From a virus (lineage: Duplodnaviria > Caudoviricetes): 48,475 bases of DNA. The position numbers were made by a program, and so were the translations under genes. Location: IMG/VR virus record IMGVR_UViG_3300044724_001621, positions 1-48,475 of that record. The stretch is one strand, 5' to 3'. Below the pieces are notes generated by a model. That model was not told the DNA's origin. It searched no databases and saw nothing but the letters and a program-made list of their open reading frames with translations. Positions 27,421 to 34,958 of the stretch are shown here, one piece after another (position 1 is the stretch's first letter; every line of letters starts with the position of its first letter).

Positions 27421-29079
27421 TTAAAAAGGTATATCCTCAAACTCTAATTTCTTAGGTTCTTCTAAAGGTACTTCATTTAAACGACCTGTTTCAGTATCAT
27501 AAAGTAACTGAGCAGCTAAGCCTACGTCACCTGTATAGCGAGATTTAAGTACACGAATACGTGTGGTCTTAGCTTCAACTTCATCAGTAGATTGTTGGTT
27601 TCTTTCTAAAGCAATAATAGAATCAGCAACATGTGAGATACCTGCTGATCCTCTAATGTGATGCATCTTTACTTCAGCACCATTCTCATGACCTTCCGAA
27701 GAACCTCTGTTAAGATGTGATACACAAATCATACCTACATTTGTTTCAGATACTAAACTTCTTAAGTGTGTCATAAGACTATCAATTGTTTTACGCTCGT
27801 CATTACCTTCAGAGCCTGAAACAAACATATGTAAATGATCTACAATAATCCACTTGCAGTCACAACCGATAATCATAAAACGTAACTTAGCTAGTGTCTC
27901 GTCAATACTATTAACACCAAAGTGAGCATGAATAAATATTTTATCTTCAGATAAAACTTTATTGTAAAGATCACTTAACTCTTCATCACCGTAATTTTCT
28001 CTTACTTCTTTTAAATGAATCTTATCATTAGCTTCAATGGACACAATACCGTCTACTGTTCTACGCCAATCTTCTTCTAACGCTACGATACCAATCTTGT
28101 CGGGACTATTAGTTAATAAATGATGAGACAATTCTCTAGTAATAGCACTCTTACCTAACCCTGTACCTCCTGCTACAACTAACAACTCACCTTGTCGTAT
28201 ACCTAAAAGCTTATCATTTAAACCTTCCCAAGGATAATTAACTGTAGCATGAACTTCTCTGTCTAACCATTCATGTAGTTTTTCTGAGGTTCTAATAATA
28301 CCTGTAGGAGTATAAGTACTAGCTTGCCAAAAAGCATCTTGATATTCTTTGAATGCATTCTTTTTAAGCATATCATTAGCATCTTTATAACCTATAGGCA
28401 ATGTCATTATCTTTGCTTTGTTAGGTCTAAACAACGCAGCACATTTAGCAGCAGCATCTCTACCGTGCTTGTCATTATCAAAACAAATAATTACATTTTC
28501 ATATGTCTCTAAAAACTCTAGATTCTTTTTAATGTCTGAAGCTGCTGACTGCGCTCCGTTTTTAATTGATACACAAGGCCATCTGCTACCCGTAAGTTCG
28601 TAAGCTGCCATAGCATCACACTCACCTTCGGTAATAGTAATGTACTTACCTCCTGTCTGACAAATAGACTGACCAAACAAACCACCTTCTTGTATCTTAC
28701 CCTGAGATGTAAAGCCTTTTGTTTTAGACTTACGAATTTTGTAAGCTACTAAGTCTTGTCCTTTGTAATAAGGATAATAATGTTCTTTAATCTGTCCTTC
28801 ATTATCATAAGTTACTCTAACATTATAACGCTTAGCTGTTTCTTCTTTAATGCCTCTATCAGTTAGCGCACCTATCACTCCTATGTAATCATCTTTAGAA
28901 AAATGAACTACATTATTTTCTGACGACTTTGTATAACTGTTCATACCTTCCTCTGGATTTTCATAATTTCTCATGTAACCTTTACAGCTAAAACAAAAAG
29001 CTGATCCATCTTCGTTTATAGATGCAGCGTTTGAACTATCACACAAATTACAGGGTACATATTTTTTAACGAAAGTCAC
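27421..29079 (-). CDS. Primase-helicase, T7 gp4-like
   Basis: N-terminal CxxC..CxxC zinc finger, TOPRIM (TEGECDAM, FDND), Walker A GGTGLGKS, IVDHL, HIRGS, KSRYTG. Confidence 0.95.
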   Translation of the reverse strand: MTFVKKYVPCNLCDSSNAASINEDGSAFCFSCKGYMRNYENPEEGMNSYTKSSENNVVHFSKDDYIGVIGALTDRGIKEETAKRYNVRVTYDNEGQIKEHYYPYYKGQDLVAYKIRKSKTKGFTSQGKIQEGGLFGQSICQTGGKYITITEGECDAMAAYELTGSRWPCVSIKNGAQSAASDIKKNLEFLETYENVIICFDNDKHGRDAAAKCAALFRPNKAKIMTLPIGYKDANDMLKKNAFKEYQDAFWQASTYTPTGIIRTSEKLHEWLDREVHATVNYPWEGLNDKLLGIRQGELLVVAGGTGLGKSAITRELSHHLLTNSPDKIGIVALEEDWRRTVDGIVSIEANDKIHLKEVRENYGDEELSDLYNKVLSEDKIFIHAHFGVNSIDETLAKLRFMIIGCDCKWIIVDHLHMFVSGSEGNDERKTIDSLMTHLRSLVSETNVGMICVSHLNRGSSEGHENGAEVKMHHIRGSAGISHVADSIIALERNQQSTDEVEAKTTRIRVLKSRYTGDVGLAAQLLYDTETGRLNEVPLEEPKKLEFEDIPF

Positions 29080-29341
29080 TTGCTATCTCCTTGTATGTAA
29101 CAGGATTAATAAGTTTTAAATCTTTAGAATCACATTGAAGATATACCTCGGCACCACACGATAAAGGACAGTCCCGAGAATAAATAATTTTAGAGTCTCC
29201 TGTAAACTTTACTTCATCTGCGTAGTATGTTTTACCACCCATCTTGATAGTAAGTACAGGTTTATAAGTAGGATTATTACGTGGGTCTTGCTTTCTATTA
29301 TATTTAATATGGTGTTGATTAACATGAACGATTGCTTTCAC
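29066..29341 (-). CDS. Conserved phage hypothetical protein
   Basis: AGGAG RBS, GTG start; VHVNQH.I..N...PLSCGA motif. Confidence 0.7.
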   Translation of the reverse strand: MKAIVHVNQHHIKYNRKQDPRNNPTYKPVLTIKMGGKTYYADEVKFTGDSKIIYSRDCPLSCGAEVYLQCDSKDLKLINPVTYKEIASDFR

Positions 29342-29358
29342 TCTGCTTTCTCCTTAGC

Positions 29359-29406
29359 AAAAAAAAAGTTTGGAGGTGTCCCCCGGTCAAAAGGGACACG
29401 CTCCGA
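29359..29406 (-). terminator. Intrinsic terminator
   Basis: Minus strand GGAG-CG-TGTCCC loop GGGACA-C-CTCC followed by a T run. Confidence 0.75.
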
Positions 29407-29419
29407 ACGTTCGACTACA

Positions 29420-29653
29420 TTACTCTGATACTTCTTCTGCCTCCTCATCAGACATTAAAGCTGCTTCATCTAAGTTATCTAACATAGCAGCTTTGTATGT
29501 ATTAGCTGCTGCTTGTAATACATCAATACGCTTACTTAAGTTTTGAACTTCAGTTTGAATTTCTGCTAAGTAGTTAAACGCATTCTTTGCAGTATCATTC
29601 AACTTCTCTACATCATACAAACCATCATCAGTTTTAAAAGTAAATTGAGCCAT
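29420..29653 (-). CDS. Hypothetical coiled-coil protein, DUF6447-like
   Basis: DGLYDVEKLNDTAK...VLQAAANTY; start set at MAQFT. Confidence 0.6.
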   Translation of the reverse strand: MAQFTFKTDDGLYDVEKLNDTAKNAFNYLAEIQTEVQNLSKRIDVLQAAANTYKAAMLDNLDEAALMSDEEAEEVSE

Positions 29654-29654
29654 A

Positions 29655-30086
29655 TTAAAATTCATCCTCTAAAGCTTCTTTAATTCCAAGCTCTTCACCA
29701 TCTGAAGATCTCCCTCCATAAGGCACAAGATCTAAAATCTGAACAGCTTGCAGATCTAAACCTTTAAAAGTACCATACTTATTTGTTGCTTCCCATGGAT
29801 TATATTGAACACGAACACGCGAACCATTTCCAACAAGAGTATCTACAGGCTCGCGGTCATGATTAACCAACTTGGGAACTGCTTGCTTTTTACCATCTTT
29901 GTTCATAGCTTTACGCTTAATAACAATAGATGAGCCAGCTTCTAGCTGCTTAACTTTATAACCTTGAGCTGCAAAATCTTGTGCAACTTCTTCATCAATA
30001 ACTAAGTTGATTGTATACACAGGATCAAACTTAGTATTAGGGGTAGTTACTGAGGCCCAATAAGCTGTTCCTTCAATTACTGCCAT
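29655..30086 (-). CDS. ssb: Single-stranded DNA-binding protein, T7 gp2.5-like
   Basis: AAGGAG RBS before MAVIEGTAYW; VGNGSRV, LQAVQILDLVPY; acidic tail ending EDEF. Confidence 0.85.
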   Translation of the reverse strand: MAVIEGTAYWASVTTPNTKFDPVYTINLVIDEEVAQDFAAQGYKVKQLEAGSSIVIKRKAMNKDGKKQAVPKLVNHDREPVDTLVGNGSRVRVQYNPWEATNKYGTFKGLDLQAVQILDLVPYGGRSSDGEELGIKEALEDEF

Positions 30087-30117
30087 TTTTTTCTCCTTTG
30101 CGTTAGTTGGTTTGACA

Positions 30118-30146
30118 ATACTATAGAGGCTAACAAGACTTGTCAA
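30118..30146 (-). promoter_or_regulatory. Sigma70-type promoter for ssb/replication operon
   Basis: TTGACA-N17-TAGTAT. Confidence 0.65.
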
Positions 30147-30178
30147 GCTAGTCTCTTAGATTATTTAGTTATAAGGGT

Positions 30179-30205
30179 GAACAGTTTAAGCACATGTTCA
30201 GGTAC
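30179..30205 (-). ncRNA. H-type pseudoknot motif, copy C
   Basis: GUAC-CU-GAACA-U-GUGC-UUAAAC-UGUUC, 10 nt after stop codon. Confidence 0.7.
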
Positions 30206-30215
30206 AACGGAGAAT

Positions 30216-31229
30216 CTAAGCTGCGATTCTAAAGATAGACTTGCTCTGTAAAACCTTTCTAACTTTTTCTCCTGCTTGTACTTGCAAAGAAGAAACAGTG
30301 TGAGGACTTTTAGAACGAGTGGTCTGATGATGAGTACTCCAGTCAGTCATCGTATTATACAAGGCTAACAGATTGTTGCCAAGGGAAGGTTTGTAATCAT
30401 TTTTGTAAAGACTCCAAAGAGTATTTAACGAACTAGTCTTACGATCATGTCCGTTCTTAGTCTTAGTAGCTTTATCAAGTGCTTCAAGAATAGATCCAGT
30501 ACCATTATTAATTGAATCAATACTTTGAATAGCATGTTTATTTTCAGATAGTGTAGCAAGAACTTCAAAAGCTTGTTGGTCTGATACAGGTATATGTCTG
30601 TAACTATTCCAAAGCTCACCTTCTTTTTGAAAAGCTTCTAAACAATTACCAAGCTCAACCACTGCACCTTCAATGTTTGAATGCTTAGTATGTCTACGCT
30701 TTGCTACTGCAGTTACAGTACCAATAACTTGTAAGTTAGTACAAATCATACGCCAAGCACCAAGCTCAAAGATAGAAGGCCAAGAACCGTCAAAGCTATT
30801 TCTACCTACTAACTCCATAACAGTCTCATCACCCTCACCAGTCTGCACTGTATGCTCTGGAAAGCGATATCTAGCATAAGCTCTACCACCTTCATGAGAT
30901 ACACTTATCTCGCGTGTAAGACCTTCTAAGTTTAACGAAGAGTTAATAATCATATCTTCCATATAACCAAACTGATCAGCATGTGAAGAAGTATTACGAT
31001 AGTTTTTACCTACAATAGATAACGGCTCATGTGTTTGATCGTTCATAAGCAACACACGCTTGTCGTACTTAACCATACTATTCCATTCTGAATTAATAGG
31101 GTTAATTTCTTCAAACCATAATGGTCTTGTGTAAGTACCAAAAGTAACACTACTAGGTAACGGGCCTAAATCTTCTAGAATTTGTCGGCGTCTATCTGAA
31201 CGACTTGTAAATGTAGTAATAACATTCAT
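30216..31229 (-). CDS. DUF932/DUF945 family early protein
   Basis: NSFDGS...G.WRMICTN motif and LYNTMTDWSTH. Confidence 0.8.
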   Translation of the reverse strand: MNVITTFTSRSDRRRQILEDLGPLPSSVTFGTYTRPLWFEEINPINSEWNSMVKYDKRVLLMNDQTHEPLSIVGKNYRNTSSHADQFGYMEDMIINSSLNLEGLTREISVSHEGGRAYARYRFPEHTVQTGEGDETVMELVGRNSFDGSWPSIFELGAWRMICTNLQVIGTVTAVAKRRHTKHSNIEGAVVELGNCLEAFQKEGELWNSYRHIPVSDQQAFEVLATLSENKHAIQSIDSINNGTGSILEALDKATKTKNGHDRKTSSLNTLWSLYKNDYKPSLGNNLLALYNTMTDWSTHHQTTRSKSPHTVSSLQVQAGEKVRKVLQSKSIFRIAA

Positions 31230-31261
31230 GTTTCTTTTCCTTTAAAGTTTAATTGAGTGAG

Positions 31262-31289
31262 TAAAACCCCACAGGAACGAGGGGTTTTA
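31262..31289 (-). terminator. Hairpin, possible terminator or processing site
   Basis: TAAAACCCC-N10-GGGGTTTTA just after stop at 31298. Confidence 0.5.
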
Positions 31290-31297
31290 AACACGAG

Positions 31298-31561
31298 TTA
31301 CTTAATAACATAACTAAACTTATCAAGTTGTTCTTGATAATTAACATGGCTAATCAGTGCATCAGCAGCTAAGTCCCATTCTTTTTTATAAAGATTTAAA
31401 ACTAACCGCTTCTTTAGCTTTGATCCACCAGATAAACCTAGCAGACTGCTTACTTTCTTCCAACCTTTATCATAAGGATTGGAATGATCTCTTAACTTAT
31501 TTCTAAGAAAGGTGATCTTTTGTTCATAGCTCATATACTGTTTAGTTAAATTAGACGACAT
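31298..31561 (-). CDS. Hypothetical early protein
   Basis: GAGGAGG upstream; operon spacing. Confidence 0.7.
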   Translation of the reverse strand: MSSNLTKQYMSYEQKITFLRNKLRDHSNPYDKGWKKVSSLLGLSGGSKLKKRLVLNLYKKEWDLAADALISHVNYQEQLDKFSYVIK

Positions 31562-31564
31562 AAA

Positions 31565-31915
31565 TTATAAGTCCTCCTCTTCAGTATCTAATTCTAATTT
31601 AATAAGACTATTTTCTAAGTCTCTTTGCTTTTTTAATTTTTTACCGAGAGCATAACTAGCTACAAGACTAGTTATTAAACCATTAAAATATATTCTTTCT
31701 GATTCAGAGCTGCAATATCTTAATCTTTCATCTAAATGATTTAAGTAAGCTTTAGTAAGTTTACCTGAATAAGAACTTACACTTAAATGATTAATTTCTA
31801 CATTAAGTTTACTTACTAACTTTTTAAATGTAGTAAACTCTTCTTGTACAAAAGAACTTGAAGGAATATCTTCGTAGCTTTCTAACTCAATCATTGTTTG
31901 TTTAAGGGAACCCAT
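31565..31915 (-). CDS. Hypothetical early protein
   Basis: GGAG RBS before MGSLKQ; start revised from 31984. Confidence 0.7.
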   Translation of the reverse strand: MGSLKQTMIELESYEDIPSSSFVQEEFTTFKKLVSKLNVEINHLSVSSYSGKLTKAYLNHLDERLRYCSSESERIYFNGLITSLVASYALGKKLKKQRDLENSLIKLELDTEEEDL

Positions 31916-32025
31916 AACATTATCTCCGTAAGTTGATGATAGTACTAATAATAAATGTACTTGAGCCTTAGCAGTTAGTAGCAATTTAGCGACTCAAGCA
32001 CACTTAACTTTTAAACTATAAAAAT

Positions 32026-32054
32026 AGTTTAGCATATTTTTGAGTGATAGTCAA
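32026..32054 (-). promoter_or_regulatory. Sigma70-type promoter
   Basis: TTGACT-N17-TAAACT with extended -10 TG. Confidence 0.7.
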
Positions 32055-32057
32055 GTA

Positions 32058-32315
32058 TCACAAATAGTGATCTTCATGCCTAACTCTTTCAAATGTCTCT
32101 AACATTATATTATTTAAGACATCATTAATATTTTCAAAAGGTATGTATTTACCATTGACATCGACATGAGTAAACTCTACCTCTTCAGGATAACAAATCA
32201 TATTGGGCGGTTCATATTGTGGAGGTCTGTAATGAACTACACATGATCCTTTTACTTTACCTACTTTAAACTCCATAACACTACTATGATTACCATAGAA
32301 CGGATATTTTCTCAT
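32058..32315 (-). CDS. Hypothetical early protein
   Basis: ATGA coupling. Confidence 0.7.
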   Translation of the reverse strand: MRKYPFYGNHSSVMEFKVGKVKGSCVVHYRPPQYEPPNMICYPEEVEFTHVDVNGKYIPFENINDVLNNIMLETFERVRHEDHYL

Positions 32316-32551
32316 AAGCCTAGCTTCCTTTGCATTCCAATATCATGTAAAGTCTGAGGTTTCTTACGCTTTACTTTACCCTCTTTGATTACATAATACA
32401 TGCCATACTCAACAGTATTTGGATTCGCCATGTAAATAATAATCTCTACACCTTCAGAAAATTTATTTTCAAAACCCTGTATAGTTTTACTCATTACATA
32501 AATACCACTTGATGACTCACTTCTACAAGCATAATACATTAGTTTCTCCAC
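32312..32551 (-). CDS. Hypothetical early protein
   Basis: Overlaps both neighbours. Confidence 0.65.
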   Translation of the reverse strand: MEKLMYYACRSESSSGIYVMSKTIQGFENKFSEGVEIIIYMANPNTVEYGMYYVIKEGKVKRKKPQTLHDIGMQRKLGL

Positions 32552-32775
32552 TTCTGAAGTTTAACTAACTCTTTCGCACATGATTCTGTCATATGCAATT
32601 CAATATTGTAATCTTTTTTTAACTGTACAATACCTTTCATCATATTGATTTTAGCAATCCTAGCTTTTTTATACTCACCTAAATCATATCTTTTTGTAGA
32701 CTCCTGTAAAAAATACAGAATAAAATTAAGATCATTAGTAAGCTTTTGTTTCTCTGCTTGATTAATAGATAGCAT
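32539..32775 (-). CDS. Hypothetical early protein
   Basis: AAGGAAG RBS before MLSINQ; start revised from 32943. Confidence 0.65.
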   Translation of the reverse strand: MLSINQAEKQKLTNDLNFILYFLQESTKRYDLGEYKKARIAKINMMKGIVQLKKDYNIELHMTESCAKELVKLQKWRN

Positions 32776-32877
32776 ATTACTTCCTTTTTTAATTAAATTT
32801 TTAAAGCCCGTAAGGGTTGAGGGGTTTAAAAATTTAGATCCCTCAATAGTATTTCTAGACTTTGGTTTTAAAAAACT

Positions 32878-32904
32878 GAACAGTTTAACGACATGTTCAG
32901 GTCT
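32878..32904 (-). ncRNA. H-type pseudoknot motif, copy B
   Basis: AGAC-CU-GAACA-U-GUC-GUUAAAC-UGUUC, 10 nt after stop codon. Confidence 0.7.
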
Positions 32905-32914
32905 ATTTCCTCGG

Positions 32915-33118
32915 CTAAATAAAAGGCTGATTCTTATGATCATATAAATCTAAGATCAACTCTGATAACATTCCTTTGTATTTACTTTCTATACAATCAG
33001 GACTAATAGTTTCTAAAGAAGATATGCAATGCTGAGCTTTAGTCAACGCTGTTATTTTATCTTCTATATTCTTTATAATACTACAATGATCTTTCTGATC
33101 GTCTATAGAATCAAACAT
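32915..33118 (-). CDS. Hypothetical early protein
   Basis: AGGAG RBS. Confidence 0.7.
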   Translation of the reverse strand: MFDSIDDQKDHCSIIKNIEDKITALTKAQHCISSLETISPDCIESKYKGMLSELILDLYDHKNQPFI

Positions 33119-33163
33119 GTAATCTCCTACAATAGTATTTCTAGCTGGATGTTTTTTAAGAGC

Positions 33164-33190
33164 GAGCAGTTTATAGACATGCTCAGGTCT
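33164..33190 (-). ncRNA. H-type pseudoknot motif, copy A
   Basis: AGAC-CU-GAGCA-U-GUCU-AUAAAC-UGCUC, 9 nt after stop codon. Confidence 0.7.
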
Positions 33191-33199
33191 GTCGGGGAA

Positions 33200-33655
33200 T
33201 TAAGCTGTTAGTGTAGCTAAGAAGCTTTGAAGAACTTCAGATGCTGGTCTTGGACTAGCCTGAGTGCTGTACTTAGTCTGTTTCTTGTAAGCTGCTGCGC
33301 TCATATCTATGTTCTTCTCTTCAGCTTGTTGCATTAAATACTGATGAAGACCGGGAACAACATCGTCTAAAAGAACTAACTCTTTCTTTTCAGAACCTAG
33401 AAACTCTTGAACTATTCCATTGTTCAAAGCTGCTTCTTCGTTCTCAGCCTTAGACCATGAAACCATAAAGTCTAACAACAACTTATAAGCTTCATAGTTG
33501 CTAGAGATGCTAGGATCATTCTGCTTCATAAGATCAAAGTCCTCCTTGAACACTGGCTCAAACTCAGGTAAGCATGAAAACCTAGCTGCTATAGCTTTAC
33601 ACTGTGACTCTGTTGCTCTACGAATATTAGAAACACTAGACGTATTATTTTCCAT
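33200..33655 (-). CDS. First early gene, hypothetical protein
   Basis: AAGGAG RBS; first ORF of the minus arm. Confidence 0.75.
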   Translation of the reverse strand: MENNTSSVSNIRRATESQCKAIAARFSCLPEFEPVFKEDFDLMKQNDPSISSNYEAYKLLLDFMVSWSKAENEEAALNNGIVQEFLGSEKKELVLLDDVVPGLHQYLMQQAEEKNIDMSAAAYKKQTKYSTQASPRPASEVLQSFLATLTA

Positions 33656-33794
33656 CTGAGACTCCTTAAGTCTTTAGTTATTTAAGATTAACAAGCGTTA
33701 AAAGGATTTTTCAAGCTTGCAAGAAAGCAAGGTTGTAAAATTCTTAGCTTGTTGAGGTTAAATAACGTGAGGAGTTTCATATGGGAAATGATAC
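33642..33794 (+). repeat. Long imperfect inverted repeat, 153-nt hairpin
   Basis: About 60 bp in seven helices around loop AAGAAA (33721-33726); six G-T pairs on the + strand. Confidence 0.85.
33685..33714 (-). promoter_or_regulatory. Putative sigma70 promoter of first early gene, inside hairpin arm
   Basis: TTGAAA-N18-TAATCT with extended -10 TG. Confidence 0.55.
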
Positions 33795-34180
33795 AAACAC
33801 AGACAGGACTATTTAAATACTAAGCTATTGAGACTGTTAAGTTTTTTAGTCTAGTAATATCCTAGTAATACATACGCTTTACAGTCTTGGAAGGCTTTGT
33901 AAACTAGTAAGGCTTACAAAATAATACGATATAGTTCTATAAAGACTGTCTAGACTACCTAATTCTGTGGGCTACCTAGACCGGGCAGGATGCCATACCC
34001 CCTACCGTAGTATATATAGCAATCCTATACATTTCTAACAGGTTTAGTATGTGTACCAGCTTAGCGGGGCTATAAAGTCTTTACTTAACAACTTTGCAGG
34101 CTATAGAATCAGGAGGGTTTTATAGCTATATAGGGTGTTACCTATATATACTATGCAGCGGGGGGGTCATTGATTACGCC
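33795..34180. other. Non-coding putative genome terminus/packaging region
   Basis: No credible ORF; between divergent arms next to terS; inverted TAGTATATATAG pair, C/G runs, repeated CTATA words. Confidence 0.5.
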
Positions 34181-34209
34181 AGTATACAGTTGAAATCAGC
34201 TTTTGTCAA
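34181..34209 (-). promoter_or_regulatory. Sigma70 promoter, leftward
   Basis: TTGACA-N17-TATACT. Confidence 0.8.
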
Positions 34210-34237
34210 GTATTTATAACTAAAAAGTATAAAAAGC

Positions 34238-34266
34238 TTGACAAACCTTTGATTCAACTCTATAAT
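34238..34266 (+). promoter_or_regulatory. Consensus sigma70 promoter, rightward
   Basis: TTGACA-N17-TATAAT. Confidence 0.88.
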
Positions 34267-34273
34267 ACGAGTC

Positions 34274-34687
34274 ATGAATTATTCTATTGAAAAGAAAAAA
34301 ACAAAAGAACTTACTGAAAAACAACAATTATTTCTTGATAATGTTGTAGAAACGGGAGGTGATCTTAAAAAATCTGCAGAATTAGCAGGATATAAAGGCA
34401 ATCACTACCAAGTTATTCAAAGTTTAAAACAAGAATTAGTGGATTTGGCTGAAAACCTGTTAGCTCATAATGCTCCAAAAGCTGCTTTTAAGCTAGTAGA
34501 GATTATGCAGAGTGATCGTCCGTTTCCACAGGTAAGCTCTAAACTGCAAGCCGCTCAAACTATTTTAGATAGAGTAGGTGTTACAAAAACTGATAAAGTC
34601 AGTGTAGACCATAATGTGTCTGGAGGTTTATTTATACTACCTAAAAAAGAAAATATTGTACTAGAGGGAGAATATGAACACAGTTAA
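34274..34687 (+). CDS. Terminase small subunit (putative)
   Basis: LTEKQQLFL...AELAGY HTH, AAQTILDRVG, GLFILP; upstream of terL. Confidence 0.75.
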   Translation: MNYSIEKKKTKELTEKQQLFLDNVVETGGDLKKSAELAGYKGNHYQVIQSLKQELVDLAENLLAHNAPKAAFKLVEIMQSDRPFPQVSSKLQAAQTILDRVGVTKTDKVSVDHNVSGGLFILPKKENIVLEGEYEHS

Positions 34688-34958
34688 TATACCTGATAAC
34701 TATATTAAACGTGTTACATCTACAATACCTTTTGGTTATGTATCTTCTGATATTAGTGGTTGGTTAGCTCCTGTAGATTCACAATTAGAATCATTAGAGT
34801 TTATTTCTAAAATGGTTGCTAATGAAGAATTAAGTTTAAGAATGGCTTCTGAATGGTTAGAGCATAAAACAGGGCGCTACCTTTCAGCTAGAGGACTACA
34901 AAAACATATAGATAAACTTTATGGTAGACGAGACGAAAGACTGGGAAATCCATCCTGA
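34674..34958 (+). CDS. Hypothetical putative DNA-binding protein
   Basis: IPFGY and SLR..SEWL...TGR..S.RGL pattern, reminiscent of a recombinase-type DNA-binding domain. Confidence 0.6.
   Translation: MNTVNIPDNYIKRVTSTIPFGYVSSDISGWLAPVDSQLESLEFISKMVANEELSLRMASEWLEHKTGRYLSARGLQKHIDKLYGRRDERLGNPS

Noticed and set aside
32776-32943. 134-aa version of the 32539 ORF as a normally initiated gene
   Set aside because: Better RBS at 32775; the extension overlaps RNA structures (kept only as a recoding hypothesis)
33781-33816. RBS-ATG mini-ORF on + strand (MGNDTNTDRTI)
   Set aside because: Explained as the mirror image of the early gene start within the inverted repeat
34674-34958. Integrase or lysogeny module
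   Set aside because: Only a short DNA-binding-like fragment with no catalytic domain; no repressor or att context recognised
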